Positions 42,150 to 52,318 of a stretch of 64,000 nt of DNA are shown here, one piece after another (within the stretch, counting starts at the first letter, position 1; every line of letters starts with the position of its first letter). Both the position numbers and the translations under genes were made by a program. Source of the stretch: Hydrurus foetidus (lineage: Eukaryota). Where the stretch lies: assembly GCA_900617105.1 (NCBI GenBank), contig UYFQ01000001.1, positions 4,340,001 through 4,404,000 of the forward strand, read 5' to 3'. Below the pieces are notes generated by a model. The model made no database searches. It was not told the origin of the DNA and was given only the letters and a program-made list of their open reading frames with translations.

Positions 42150-42626
42150 TTACCCACGCCCCAAGCTGCTTAGCTGGCCCGCGTCTAGCTGGGCAAGCAG
42201 CTGGCGCAGCGCATCGGCGTTTTGGGGTTCTTTGGCATTGTCAAGGGCATCGGCCAGCACATCGCGAATGTCCTCACCGGTGACCAGTTCCATGTCCCAA
42301 TCGGGAAACATTCGCTCGCGAATTTCCTCACCAGAAGCCAGATGCACCACCTGATCGTGGCGATTGTCGGTGGTTATCCGGGCCATCAACGTCATCACGT
42401 TGTCTCGGGGCCCCTCTAACCACTGAAAAAATATGCCGCTGCCAAACACCAGCAGACCCGTAATGCCGTGCACCGGATTCCAGCGCCGCGACACTTCCAG
42501 AATTTTGGCGACAGCTGCGTCGTCAACTCCAACGGCAGCACGGCTGCAGTAAACCGCATTGTGCAAAAGGGGAAAGGCGTGACCAGAAATCGGTTCGTCA
42601 CTTTGGCCAAAAGGGTGATTGCTCAT
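42150..42626 (-). CDS. Stand-alone BLUF blue-light sensor
   Basis: YCS, ITGLL, FFQWLEG, DNRH and FPDWDM motifs. Confidence 0.9.
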   Translation of the reverse strand: MSNHPFGQSDEPISGHAFPLLHNAVYCSRAAVGVDDAAVAKILEVSRRWNPVHGITGLLVFGSGIFFQWLEGPRDNVMTLMARITTDNRHDQVVHLASGEEIRERMFPDWDMELVTGEDIRDVLADALDNAKEPQNADALRQLLAQLDAGQLSSLGRG

Positions 42627-42765
42627 CGGGCTTCCTGTTGAGAGATTGCAGTGAGCATAACCGGGCGCTGGCAGCGCCTTTAAAGACTGATTTTCAAACG
42701 CCGTTGGCGCCCGTCTTCATTTGGCATAAACACGAATCAAGAACCAGCAACATGCGGCGGTTTCG

Positions 42766-43869
42766 CTATGACTGGGGATTTAAAAAACACTCCATGCGAC
42801 CAAGCTCATCCCCCAACGCGGCGCGAAATGCCTTGTCTTGGGGCGCTTGGCCTGCAACATAGCCCAGCTCGGCTTGCAGTGCACCACCACTGACTGACAG
42901 GTTTCCCCAGCCAATGACCTGGTCGCGCCAGAGCAAGGGCAGGGCGCAGTAGCCGCGAATGCGTTTGGCTGCGGGCGTGTAGGCTTCAAAGCGATACGCC
43001 CAGCCCCACAGCAACTCAAAACGGCGGCGGTCCCACACGACAGGGTCAAACGGGGCGAGCAGGCGCACGGTGCCGGCTTGCGCAGTGGCGTGGCGCTTGG
43101 CTGTGGGTGACTCGCCTGGCGGCCAGTACCAGGCCGTGCCGTCTACCTCAGCGCTTGGCAGCCGTACTTTGGCGCGCGCAAAGGCCGCTGGGCGCAGGGC
43201 ATCCCATTGCGGCGCACCGCCGCGCAGCATGCTGATCAGCTCACGCAAAGAGCGTTCAGGCAGCGGCGCGTATTTGTGCACGATGACATCCACCAACGCG
43301 TCCATCGCCGCAGCCGGATCGGGCTCAGCTTGTGGCAAATGCGCAGCCACCGCATAGGTACGCACACCGCCAACACGCGCAGCAATACGAAGTTGACCGC
43401 GAAAATGCATGCCATCAAGCAGTTGCGTGCTGGCGTTGGTTGAGCCGCCAAACCAGTTGCGCACGCTGCCATGTGCAAAATGGGCAGCAACCTCGCGCGG
43501 GTGCACCGTACCGCGCTCTTGCACAAAAGCCAACACGGCCTGTGCCTGCGCTGCGCGCTCTTTGGTCCATGCCAAGCGCGGCGTGCGGGGATGCATCAGC
43601 GCCTGCGTGCTGCGCGGCAAAAAGCCGTAATTAACAAAAAAGTCTTCCTCCACACCAAGTGCCGAATAGCGCCGCTCCAAATCGCCAGCGCGATAGCCTT
43701 TGACGCGATGCCGCAGCGTTAAATCCTGTGCCCGCGCCGGCGCACGAATCGGGTCTGCCTGCACAAAGCCGAGTCGCTTGATGGCCGCAGGCAGCGAGGT
43801 TGGCGCAAACAAGGTACGTGCGACTGCATAGCTGCGCAGGGCATCAAGGGTGACGGGCGTGGCGGGCAT
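42766..43869 (-). CDS. YcaQ/AlkZ-like winged-helix crosslink DNA glycosylase
   Basis: VQADPI, LAPFDP and YRFEAYTPAAKR motifs. Confidence 0.85.
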   Translation of the reverse strand: MPATPVTLDALRSYAVARTLFAPTSLPAAIKRLGFVQADPIRAPARAQDLTLRHRVKGYRAGDLERRYSALGVEEDFFVNYGFLPRSTQALMHPRTPRLAWTKERAAQAQAVLAFVQERGTVHPREVAAHFAHGSVRNWFGGSTNASTQLLDGMHFRGQLRIAARVGGVRTYAVAAHLPQAEPDPAAAMDALVDVIVHKYAPLPERSLRELISMLRGGAPQWDALRPAAFARAKVRLPSAEVDGTAWYWPPGESPTAKRHATAQAGTVRLLAPFDPVVWDRRRFELLWGWAYRFEAYTPAAKRIRGYCALPLLWRDQVIGWGNLSVSGGALQAELGYVAGQAPQDKAFRAALGDELGRMECFLNPQS

Positions 43870-43888
43870 GTTGGAGGGGTATTCAATT

Positions 43889-44089
43889 TACTATATATTT
43901 AATAGCTGCTCGCGCCCGTATTTATTGGCCTGCGGAGATTTTCAGCACCTAAAAAGGACGATTTTTGAGTCAATTTAATCATTCCCACAGTGATTTGGGT
44001 CAGCCAACGGCTTAAAAATGCATATTTTTGGTGATTTTTAGGACTCGGGCCAATAAATACCGGTGTGATGAGCTACATAAATAGTAGCA
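43889..44089. repeat. REPIN-like element (inverted REP pair)
   Basis: Inverted pair; spacer resembles that of 47648-47858. Confidence 0.88.
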
Positions 44090-44224
44090 ATTTAGGACCT
44101 TGCCGCAGCGATTGAGGTCAGTTGAAGTGCTGGTATGACCGCCTGATGAGTGCGAATCTAGTTCTTGCTACAAAAGAATCTGTCGTGCAAAAGTCTAGTT
44201 TGCACTTCCCTGATATTTGTATTG

Positions 44225-44244
44225 TAATATCGCCTAAGATATTA
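44225..44244. promoter_or_regulatory. Putative TA operator palindrome
   Basis: TAATATC-GCCTAA-GATATTA immediately before the toxin ATG. Confidence 0.55.
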
Positions 44245-44247
44245 TTT

Positions 44248-44664
44248 ATGCTGCTGGTTTTAGACACTGACGTCATCGTAAGCGCCATGCGCAGCCCAAC
44301 AGGCGCATCTGCTGAGCTTTTGCGGCTGGTCAGGCAACGAAAGCTGTCGATGGGGGTTAGCGTTGCGCTGGCTTTGGAGTACGAGGCGGTTTGCCTGAGA
44401 GCCGAGCACGCGCGCGCTGCTGGCTTGACGCAGCAAGACGCGTTGATTTTTGTGGATGCGGTCGTGGCAATGGCCATGCCTGTTGCAGTTCATTACCGCT
44501 GGAGACCGCAACTGCGAGACCCGGCAGACGAGATGGTGCTGGAAGCTGCGGTCAATGCCAAAGCCGATGCCTTGTTGACATTTAATTTGCGTCACTTTCA
44601 GTCTGCAGCCCTTTCTTTTGGGTTGCAGGTTCAACGACCTGGTGAATTTTTAAGGAGCCTCTGA
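44248..44664 (+). CDS. PIN-family toxin
   Basis: VLDTDV, DPADEMVLEAA and TFNLRHF motifs. Confidence 0.88.
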   Translation: MLLVLDTDVIVSAMRSPTGASAELLRLVRQRKLSMGVSVALALEYEAVCLRAEHARAAGLTQQDALIFVDAVVAMAMPVAVHYRWRPQLRDPADEMVLEAAVNAKADALLTFNLRHFQSAALSFGLQVQRPGEFLRSL

Positions 44665-44909
44665 TGAGCGATGTAGCCACTTATCCCCTGCGCTTGCCGC
44701 GCTCCCTGAAGGCCGGTATTGAGCGCGTGAGCAAACGCGACGGCACCAGCATCAACCAGTTTGTAGCCATGGCGGCTGCTGAAAAGCTGGCCGCGCTGGA
44801 TGCAGAAGACTACTTTCGCAGCCGTGTTGCGCGAGCGGACCTGGCTGCGTTTGACCGCATCATGTCCCGTGCAGGCGGTGAACCGCCGCGTGAAGGGGAT
44901 GAGCGCTAA
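44664..44909 (+). CDS. RHH-type antitoxin
   Basis: YPLRLPRSL..SINQFV; coupled to the PIN gene. Confidence 0.85.
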   Translation: MSDVATYPLRLPRSLKAGIERVSKRDGTSINQFVAMAAAEKLAALDAEDYFRSRVARADLAAFDRIMSRAGGEPPREGDER

Positions 44910-44919
44910 GGTTTTGGTT

Positions 44920-44968
44920 TGCTATATTTTTAAGAGCTGATTGCGCATGGATTTATTGGCTTGCAGGC
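44920..44968 (+). repeat. REP-like family copy
   Basis: TGCTATATTTTTAAGAGCTGATTGCGCATGGATTTATTGGCTTGCAGGC. Confidence 0.8.
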
Positions 44969-45206
44969 TTATATGATGCTTGAAAAGATAATAAATGTTG
45001 CTTTGCAAGACCTGACCCCAAGCCCTATTGGGCAAGTGCGTGAATGTGGAATTGGTGGCGGCGTGACACCGCCTGATGTTCGATGGATGAACGGTAGGGG
45101 ATGCGATATTGAAGGACCCCTTTGTTTTGACTCCATTGTTTCGCGCTGCCTCAGCCTAGGCGCTCACTGACAATGGGTACTAACTCCTAAAAAATCAAAC
45201 ATCCAT

Positions 45207-45605
45207 ATGCGTTCCATCATCGTTCCTTTCGCCCTGCTGCTTTGTGGTGTTGCAGGCGCAGCAGACAATTCTGCGTTAATCCTTCAAATGTCGGAAAGTG
45301 AGCTAGCGGCCGAGATGAAAGCAGGGGTCAGCATATTTAACAAGGAACTTCCGATGCGGGTGAATGCCAGTACTGTTTTACAAAGTGTCTCGTACACTTT
45401 ATTCGACAAGGTTTACATGTACCGCTACGCGACAACCGATCCAATGGACAATAACGCGCAGCGAGCAGCAATAGTTAAACAGCAGTGTGCATCGCCCAAT
45501 CTGTCTGCCTTTATGAAGCGGGGCATAACGCTACGGAGTCTTTACTTCGGCCCCAACCAGAAAATGACGGACATCGAAGTGCGGATCATTGATTGCGCCA
45601 AGTAA
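45207..45605 (+). CDS. Hypothetical exported protein
   Basis: Signal peptide; 132 aa; no family recognised. Confidence 0.7.
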   Translation: MRSIIVPFALLLCGVAGAADNSALILQMSESELAAEMKAGVSIFNKELPMRVNASTVLQSVSYTLFDKVYMYRYATTDPMDNNAQRAAIVKQQCASPNLSAFMKRGITLRSLYFGPNQKMTDIEVRIIDCAK

Positions 45606-45741
45606 TCTCTACGAAAAGGCTTGAGCGTCGAGCACGTAGCCAGCTGTCGTCAAATGCTCGTCGACACTAGGCGAAATAAACGCCTATGTCCAGGTAGCAA
45701 AGAAGAAAGCCCCAAAAGATGACCTTTTTCGTAGCCTTGAA

Positions 45742-45927
45742 TTAAATGTCCTTCGACTCAGCAGTCGATTTTTTCTTTCCGCTTACAGCGAGCCGATAGG
45801 AAAAAAAGACGAGAGCGCAGCTAAGGGAGGCAAGGAAGAGTCCGGCGGGCGTTTGCAGCGTGCGAGCGTTGAACGGAAAGAAGCCAATGCCCAAGAGGAG
45901 AAGGATTAGAGCTCCGAAGATACGCAT
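45742..45927 (-). CDS. Small hypothetical two-TM protein
   Basis: Two hydrophobic segments, basic tail, AGAG RBS. Confidence 0.5.
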   Translation of the reverse strand: MRIFGALILLLLGIGFFPFNARTLQTPAGLFLASLSCALVFFSYRLAVSGKKKSTAESKDI

Positions 45928-46110
45928 ACTAACTCTCTATGTTGGGAATATTGGCAAAGTGTACTCCCGTACCGTCTGGCTGTGACTCGATTCCGAAGAC
46001 TACAGATCGCCTTGAGGCTGGATGTTGCTGTGTCAAGCAACATCCTTCTTTGTCATTAAATTTCTCCACGAAGAAATTCGGGGTCAAGGAGAGAAAACGG
46101 GGTCAGACTC

Positions 46111-47568
46111 CAATACTGTTCAGTTAGAAGTATTTTTAACTCGAATGACAGTTTGAATCAGCACATTCAAGGGCTCATCGCCTTTTCTCGAAGGATAGTA
46201 GCTGGTTCGTCTTTTGACCACCCTCGGGTTTCTTTTGCCTCGTGAACTGACAGATTTGGCGCGGGCTACGCAGTTGATCACCTCTGCATACCAAATTGCA
46301 TAGCGCTCAGGGGGGAACAGCCCCAGCATGGGGCAGCTTGCAGCGCACGATTTGAAGACTCTTTTTAAACGACAGCTCATCGGGATCAATGTCCTTTTGC
46401 AGCGCCGCCTCATGCATCAAGCGGCGCACCGCAAAGTGCGCCAGCCACAACCCATAGAACTCTTGCCTGACCAAGTCTGGCGTCTTGCTGCGAAGCACCA
46501 CCCTTGCACCCCGCAGATGAGTCTTCATCTCTTTGAGCGTCGTCTCAATCTCCCAGCGCTCGTGATACACCTGTGCAAGCTCGTGCGCAGTTGCGACTTC
46601 AGGATCGAGCAAACTTGTTACCAGCCTGTACAGCGGCTCGGCCTGGGGGTCGCCATCAATGAAGTACTCGACCACTCTGACAGGCAAGCTTTGCAAACTG
46701 GGGTCTTTGTTACCGCGGCTTGGATTTAAGTGCGACAGGTATGAGCCATCGGGTAGCGCTTGATCCACTGGCAGTATGTTGTTCTTTTTGGCTCGCCACA
46801 GCAACTGAGCGCCTGTCTGGCGCGCCTTTGCCCATGCTTTGTAGCCCAGAAAGTACCGGTCGGCTAGCAGCAGCATGTCGGGCTTTAGTTTGGGCAATAG
46901 CTTGTCAAATAAGGTGATCTCGCTGTCGGTATACGCGCCATGGGCTAATGCGAACATGACGTGCGTGCCGCCCTCTACCAATCCAGCAAAGCGCAGTTGC
47001 GCATAGCCTGCGACACCGACATTAGCGGTCGGGCCGCCAAAGGCCTCAATGTTGGCGCTTTCGTGGGCTAAGTCCAGTGTGCTGCCATCGACGCTGACCA
47101 GGCGCATTCCTTTGAACCAGGCACCCTTCGTGTGCGGCTGGGCTATCGGCATCAAGCACTCATTGGCCAGGCGCTCCATAACTTGCCAGCTCAGGCGGCT
47201 GCGCGCCTGGGACAGGGCTGATTTGGTGATTTCGCGCTTGATGGGTGAGCCTAGAAAGCTCATTGCTTCAAGGGTCAAACGCAGCACTTCTTCGTAAGCC
47301 ACGCCCATGTAAAGCCCGAGAGCCAAGACGTAGTAAACAACGCCATGGGCGGGCAAGTCACGCTGTCTTTGGGACTGCCTGCCAGTGTCTTGAAGTATTT
47401 GGTGAATCTTGGCCAGCGGGCAGACCTGAGCCAGCAGGCCGACGCTTAAGTAGTCTGCGATTCGTGTGCCCGTGGGTAGCACTGCTTTGGTTCTTGCCAT
47501 GAAGCCTCCAGTTGGTGATGCAACTGGAATACAAGTTTACTTCAAATTTTACTAACTGAACAGTATTG
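46111..47568 (-). mobile_element. IS4-family insertion sequence
   Basis: 17-bp terminal inverted repeats CAATACTGTTCAGTTAG / CTAACTGAACAGTATTG. Confidence 0.93.
46307..47500 (-). CDS. IS4-family DDE transposase
   Basis: VDGS, ADRYF and YHERWEIE..KEMK (YREK) motifs. Confidence 0.93.
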   Translation of the reverse strand: MARTKAVLPTGTRIADYLSVGLLAQVCPLAKIHQILQDTGRQSQRQRDLPAHGVVYYVLALGLYMGVAYEEVLRLTLEAMSFLGSPIKREITKSALSQARSRLSWQVMERLANECLMPIAQPHTKGAWFKGMRLVSVDGSTLDLAHESANIEAFGGPTANVGVAGYAQLRFAGLVEGGTHVMFALAHGAYTDSEITLFDKLLPKLKPDMLLLADRYFLGYKAWAKARQTGAQLLWRAKKNNILPVDQALPDGSYLSHLNPSRGNKDPSLQSLPVRVVEYFIDGDPQAEPLYRLVTSLLDPEVATAHELAQVYHERWEIETTLKEMKTHLRGARVVLRSKTPDLVRQEFYGLWLAHFAVRRLMHEAALQKDIDPDELSFKKSLQIVRCKLPHAGAVPP

Positions 47569-47647
47569 GGTCAGATACCGTCTTGCAAACAAACAATTCT
47601 TTGATCAACATCCGCCGCGTCACAGGAGCCACAAGTATCCTCAACTC

Positions 47648-47858
47648 ACTATCAATAAAGTAGCTGCTCGCGCACGAATCTATTTGCCTGGAGGCACTTT
47701 TCATACCTAAAAATGACGATTTTTGAGTCGTTTCGGGCATCCCCACGGCAATTTGAACCAGCCACAGCTCAAAAAAGCCTTTTTCAACCCGATTTCAGGT
47801 GTAATTTTGGCCTCTAGCCCAATGAATACGGGCGCAAGCAGCTATATAAGTAATAGCG
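47648..47858. repeat. REPIN-like element (inverted REP pair)
   Basis: ACTATCAATAAAGTAGCTGC ... GGGCGCAAGCAGCTATATAAGTAATAGCG. Confidence 0.9.
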
Positions 47859-47872
47859 ATTGAATCGCCAAC

Positions 47873-47965
47873 CACCTCAAGAATCCAGCGCCACCCGAAT
47901 CTCTGCCAGGAAGTCGTGCGCTACGCCAGCCACCTTGCCCCGCGGTGCATTTTCAATTTGCTGGA
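47873..47965 (-). pseudogene. Duplicated 3' end of trpA
   Basis: 84/93 identical to 48718-48810 by manual alignment. Confidence 0.93.
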
Positions 47966-48022
47966 GAGGAGTAAGGGGGGACGAGCAATGGGATGCATAT
48001 TCCAATTAGACGCAAGAACCAT

Positions 48023-48334
48023 TCATGCGGCACCATGCACAGCAAGCTCGCTCCAGGGCTGAATGCGTGAAATCACTTTACCCGCCGCATCTTCGGCGCA
48101 TTTCACGTCGTAATTGCTTTGCAGGTTTAACCAGAACTGATGCGAGGTGTTAAAAAACCGCGCCAGTCGCAAGGCGGTGTCAGCGCTAATCCCGCGCCTT
48201 TCCCGCACAATTTCGTTGATGCGGGCTGGGGTCACATTCAATGCCCGCGCCAGGGCGTTGCTTGACAATCCCAATGGCAGCATAAATTCTTCGCGTAGTT
48301 GCTCACCTGGGTGGATGGGAGGTAATTTTTTCAT
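48023..48334 (-). CDS. higA: HigA-family antitoxin
   Basis: IHPGE, ISADTALRLA and FWLNLQ motifs. Confidence 0.92.
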   Translation of the reverse strand: MKKLPPIHPGEQLREEFMLPLGLSSNALARALNVTPARINEIVRERRGISADTALRLARFFNTSHQFWLNLQSNYDVKCAEDAAGKVISRIQPWSELAVHGAA

Positions 48335-48345
48335 AGCTAATTCCT

Positions 48346-48624
48346 TCAGTGGTAATCAACAATCTCAACATTTTCAGGTCCACTAGTTGTCCAGACAAAG
48401 CACACGCGGAACTGATCATTGATGCGAATGCTGTGCTGCCCTTTTCGATTCCCGAGCAAGGCCTCCAATCGATTGCCTGGTGGAGAACCAAGATCATTGA
48501 GTTCGCCAGCAGCATCAAGCTGATCTAACTTTCGCCGCGCGACTGCTTCGATGTTCACCCAGCGAGCGACTCGCCTGCGCTGATACAGAGCCGACGTGTC
48601 ATTGCTGGCAAACGACTGAATCAT
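48346..48624 (-). CDS. higB: HigB/RelE-family toxin
   Basis: PPGNRLEAL, SIRINDQFRVCF and VDYH motifs. Confidence 0.92.
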   Translation of the reverse strand: MIQSFASNDTSALYQRRRVARWVNIEAVARRKLDQLDAAGELNDLGSPPGNRLEALLGNRKGQHSIRINDQFRVCFVWTTSGPENVEIVDYH

Positions 48625-48721
48625 CTTTGTATTGTATATCGGTCTTCGATATGGGGTAAGTCAATCTTAAAACAGATGACTTCCAGGCATCCTGTGAGCA
48701 GCTGTGTAAATTGCAGACACC

Positions 48722-49531
48722 TCAAGAATCCAGCGCCACCCGAATCTCCGCCAGGAACTCGTGCGCTACGCCCGCCACCTTGTCACGCGGCGCATTCTCA
48801 ATCAGCTGGATGATCTTGCTGCCTATCACCACCGCGTCGGCTACCTTGCCAACTGCTTTGGCTGTGGCGGCATCGCGTATGCCAAAACCTACGCCCACCG
48901 GTATGCTGACGTGCTGGCGGATTCTGGGCAGCATGGCCTCGACTGCGCCTGTGTCCAGGTTGCCTGCGCCGGTCACGCCTTTGAGCGACACGTAGTACAC
49001 GTAGCCGCTGGCCACGCGTGCCACCTGGGCCATGCGCTCGTCTGTGCTGGTGGGGGCCAGCAAGAAGATGAGGTCCATGTTGTGGGCGCGCAAACTGGCG
49101 GCAAAGGCTTCGCATTCTTCGGGCGGGTAGTCGACGATCAGCATGCCGTCTACGCCTGCGGTGGATGCGTGTTTGATGAAGCTGCCAGCGCCGTTTTTGA
49201 TCTCATAGCGCTCGACCGGGTTGGCGTAGCCCATCAGCACGATGGGGGTGCTTTTGTCTTGCGTGCGGAAGGCTGTGACCATGTCGAGCACCTTGGCCAG
49301 ACCAATGCCGAGGGCCAGCGCCTTTTCACCGGCTTTTTGAATCACCGGGCCGTCGGCGCTGGGGTCTGAAAACGGGATGCCGAGCTCAATCACGTCGGCC
49401 CCGGCGCTGACCATGCCGTGCATCAGGTCAGGGGTGACATCGGCATACGGAAAGCCAGCCATGACGTAGGGGATCAGCGCGGTTTTGTTTTGCGCTTTGA
49501 GCTTTGAGAGGGTGGTTTGAATTCGGGTCAT
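48722..49531 (-). CDS. trpA: Tryptophan synthase alpha
   Basis: [17 protein letters not shown] and VGFGI motifs. Confidence 0.97.
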   Translation of the reverse strand: MTRIQTTLSKLKAQNKTALIPYVMAGFPYADVTPDLMHGMVSAGADVIELGIPFSDPSADGPVIQKAGEKALALGIGLAKVLDMVTAFRTQDKSTPIVLMGYANPVERYEIKNGAGSFIKHASTAGVDGMLIVDYPPEECEAFAASLRAHNMDLIFLLAPTSTDERMAQVARVASGYVYYVSLKGVTGAGNLDTGAVEAMLPRIRQHVSIPVGVGFGIRDAATAKAVGKVADAVVIGSKIIQLIENAPRDKVAGVAHEFLAEIRVALDS

Positions 49532-50820
49532 TTTGCAAACTCAACAACATGCTCATTGCCCTTGACCGACTGGCCTTTGCAGCTCGGGCGGCAATAAAAA
49601 TCGGCGTTGCTCAAGTCAGCCACGGTGCCGATATCTTTGTCGCCGCGGCCTGACAGGTTGACCAAGATCGACTGGTCAGCCCGCATGGTTTTGGCCAGCT
49701 TCATGGCGTAGGCCACCGCGTGGGCGGATTCAAGCGCGGGGATGATGCCTTCGGTGCGGCAGGTGTAGTGAAACGCATCCAGCGCTTCCTTGTCGGTGAT
49801 GCCGACGTATTCAGCCCGGCCAATATCTTTTAAAAACGCGTGCTCGGGGCCGACGCCGGGGTAGTCCAGGCCGGCGCTGATGCTGTGCGTTTCAGTGACC
49901 TGGCCGTCGTCGTCTTGCAGCACGTAGGTGCGGTTGCCGTGCAGCACTCCGGGCAGGCCGCGTTGCAGCGATGCGGAATGTTTGCCGGTGTCCATGCCTT
50001 CGCCCGCAGCTTCAACGCCAATCAGGCGGGTGTTTTCATAAGCAATGTACGGGTGAAAAATACCCATCGCATTGCTGCCGCCGCCGACGCACGCAATCAC
50101 CGCATCAGGTTGTTTGCCGTTGTTCACGTTATTGGAAAGCGACGCAAGCATCGCTGGCATCTGTTCGATGCATTCGTTGCCAATCACGCTCTGAAAGTCG
50201 CGCACCATCATCGGGTACGGGTGCGGCCCGGCTACGGTGCCAATGATGTAGAAGGTGTTGTCTACATTGGCCACCCAGTCGCGCATGGCTTCATTCAGCG
50301 CGTCTTTTAATGTTTTGCTACCTGATTCGACCGGCACCACTGTTGCGCCCAGCAGCTTCATGCGGTACACGTTGGGGCTTTGGCGTTTGACGTCTTCACT
50401 GCCCATGTACACCAGACATTCCAGCCCATACCTGGCGCAAATCGTGGCGGTGGCTACGCCGTGCTGGCCTGCGCCCGTTTCTGCAATCACGCGCGGTTTG
50501 CCCATGCGTTTGGCCAGCATGGCCTGGCCGATGGTGTTGTTGATTTTGTGCGCGCCGGTGTGGTTCAGGTCTTCACGCTTGAGGTAAATCTGCGCGCCAC
50601 CTTGCTCTCGGCTCATGCGGGCGGCGTGGTAAATCGGGGAAGGGCGGCCTACAAAGTGTGCCAGCTCGTACTGGAATTCTTTTAAAAATTCAGGTTCGTG
50701 CTGGTATTTTGCGTAGGCCTCTTTTAGCTCAGTGAGCGCGTGGGTCAGGGTTTCAGATACAAAACTGCCGCCGTAAACGCCGAAGTGACCTTTAAGATCA
50801 GGTTGTTGGTACTCGTACAT
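49528..50820 (-). CDS. trpB: Tryptophan synthase beta
   Basis: HTGAHKINN and ETGAGQHG motifs. Confidence 0.97.
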   Translation of the reverse strand: MYEYQQPDLKGHFGVYGGSFVSETLTHALTELKEAYAKYQHEPEFLKEFQYELAHFVGRPSPIYHAARMSREQGGAQIYLKREDLNHTGAHKINNTIGQAMLAKRMGKPRVIAETGAGQHGVATATICARYGLECLVYMGSEDVKRQSPNVYRMKLLGATVVPVESGSKTLKDALNEAMRDWVANVDNTFYIIGTVAGPHPYPMMVRDFQSVIGNECIEQMPAMLASLSNNVNNGKQPDAVIACVGGGSNAMGIFHPYIAYENTRLIGVEAAGEGMDTGKHSASLQRGLPGVLHGNRTYVLQDDDGQVTETHSISAGLDYPGVGPEHAFLKDIGRAEYVGITDKEALDAFHYTCRTEGIIPALESAHAVAYAMKLAKTMRADQSILVNLSGRGDKDIGTVADLSNADFYCRPSCKGQSVKGNEHVVEFAK

Positions 50821-51511
50821 TTGAAATCTCGCTTCTTGCAAATTGGTCATCGGCAGCACGGACGGCTGCTACGAATTGATGGATAAGGAGAGCGTTTTTG
50901 ATTCCCTTGGAAATCTCAACGCCCGAGCTCACATCGACAGCCAGCGTTTTACCGCGTGGCCGGACTTGCAAAATGCCATCGCCCACGTTTGCAGGTGTGA
51001 GTCCACCAGACAAAACGAGGTGAGCATTGACGCTTGGAGGAAGCAGTGACCAATTGAATGTTTTTCCGCCGCCACCAAAACCTTCGACATGCGCGTCTAA
51101 AAGTATGGCTTGAGCTTGTTTGGAATCTTCTACATATTTTACGAGATCGAAATCCAGTGGTGCGTTTGGGGTCTCTGCGTTGATGGGGATGCGTGCTGCC
51201 TTAATGAACGGGCGGGCTATTTGTAAGCACATTTCGGGTGTTTCATCACCGTGAAATTGCACTAAAGCGCCCTGAATACGGGCGCAGGCAGCTATTATTT
51301 CAGTAGCGGATGCATTGACGAACAACAATACTGGTGTGACGAATGGGGGAAGGCGGGCAGCTAATTCGGCCGCTCGCTCGGCACTGACGTAACGCGCGCT
51401 GGGCTCGTAAAGCACAAAGCCAACCGCATCAGCACCTGCGGCAACAGCGGCGTCAACGTCTTGTTCGCGGGTCAGGCCGCAGATTTTGATTCGGGTTCTT
51501 GCTTGGTTCAT
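50798..51511 (-). CDS. trpF: Phosphoribosylanthranilate isomerase
   Basis: IKICGL, QFHGDE and VDVSSGVE motifs. Confidence 0.96.
   Translation of the reverse strand: MNQARTRIKICGLTREQDVDAAVAAGADAVGFVLYEPSARYVSAERAAELAARLPPFVTPVLLFVNASATEIIAACARIQGALVQFHGDETPEMCLQIARPFIKAARIPINAETPNAPLDFDLVKYVEDSKQAQAILLDAHVEGFGGGGKTFNWSLLPPSVNAHLVLSGGLTPANVGDGILQVRPRGKTLAVDVSSGVEISKGIKNALLIHQFVAAVRAADDQFARSEISNVRVPTT
51261..51308 (-). repeat. REP-like copy embedded in trpF
   Basis: TGAATACGGGCGCAGGCAGCTATTATTTCAGTAGCG. Confidence 0.9.
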
Positions 51512-52308
51512 GGCAGCCAATCATATGACGCTGCCTTGGTTGGCAAGCCGTATTTTTCTTCGTAAACCGGGCCCAGAAAGTACAAACCATCAGGCGAAAA
51601 AGTCGGCGCCGCCGCATCACGCCGCCTCGCCGCCAGCACGCCGACTATCCACTCAGGCTTTTCAAAACCCTGGCCCACCGCCACCAGGCAGCCCATGATG
51701 TTGCGAATCATGTGATGCAAAAAGGCGTTGGCTTGGAATTCAAAGCGCCAGTAGGGCGAACCGGGTTTTTGCATGATGTCAATGCGTTGAATATTTTTGA
51801 CCGGCGACTTGGCCTGGCACTGCGCAGCGCGAAATGAGCTGAAGTCATGCTCACCCAGCAAATACGCCGCCGCTTCGCGCATTTTTTCACCATCCAATGG
51901 ACGATAAATCCAGCCAACCCGACTCGCTTCCACACTCGGCCGCACCGGTGATTCAAGCACCACATACGCATAGCGCCGGGCAATCGCGCTGCCGCGGGAA
52001 TGAAATTCATCAGGCACCACACGCGCCCATTGCACAGCAATATCAGGTGGTAAAAAAGCGTTGGTGCCGCGTACCCACGATGCGGTTTCGCGTTCAAGAG
52101 GCGTATCAAAATGCACCACCTGCATCAGGCCGTGAACACCGGCATCAGTGCGGCCGGCGCAGTTGACGCGAATCGCCTGCGTACTGAACTTGGCAAGCGC
52201 CAGCTCAAGCTTGTCTTGAATTGTGTTGCCCGAGAGCTGGCTTTGCCAGCCCTCGTAGGCGCTGCCGTTGTAACTTATGCCCAGCGCTAGTCTCAATACA
52301 CGGCTCAA
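51508..52308 (-). CDS. truA: tRNA pseudouridine(38-40) synthase
   Basis: AGRTDAGVH and FLHHMIR motifs. Confidence 0.96.
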   Translation of the reverse strand: MSRVLRLALGISYNGSAYEGWQSQLSGNTIQDKLELALAKFSTQAIRVNCAGRTDAGVHGLMQVVHFDTPLERETASWVRGTNAFLPPDIAVQWARVVPDEFHSRGSAIARRYAYVVLESPVRPSVEASRVGWIYRPLDGEKMREAAAYLLGEHDFSSFRAAQCQAKSPVKNIQRIDIMQKPGSPYWRFEFQANAFLHHMIRNIMGCLVAVGQGFEKPEWIVGVLAARRRDAAAPTFSPDGLYFLGPVYEEKYGLPTKAASYDWLP

Positions 52309-52318
52309 AAAATAGCTG

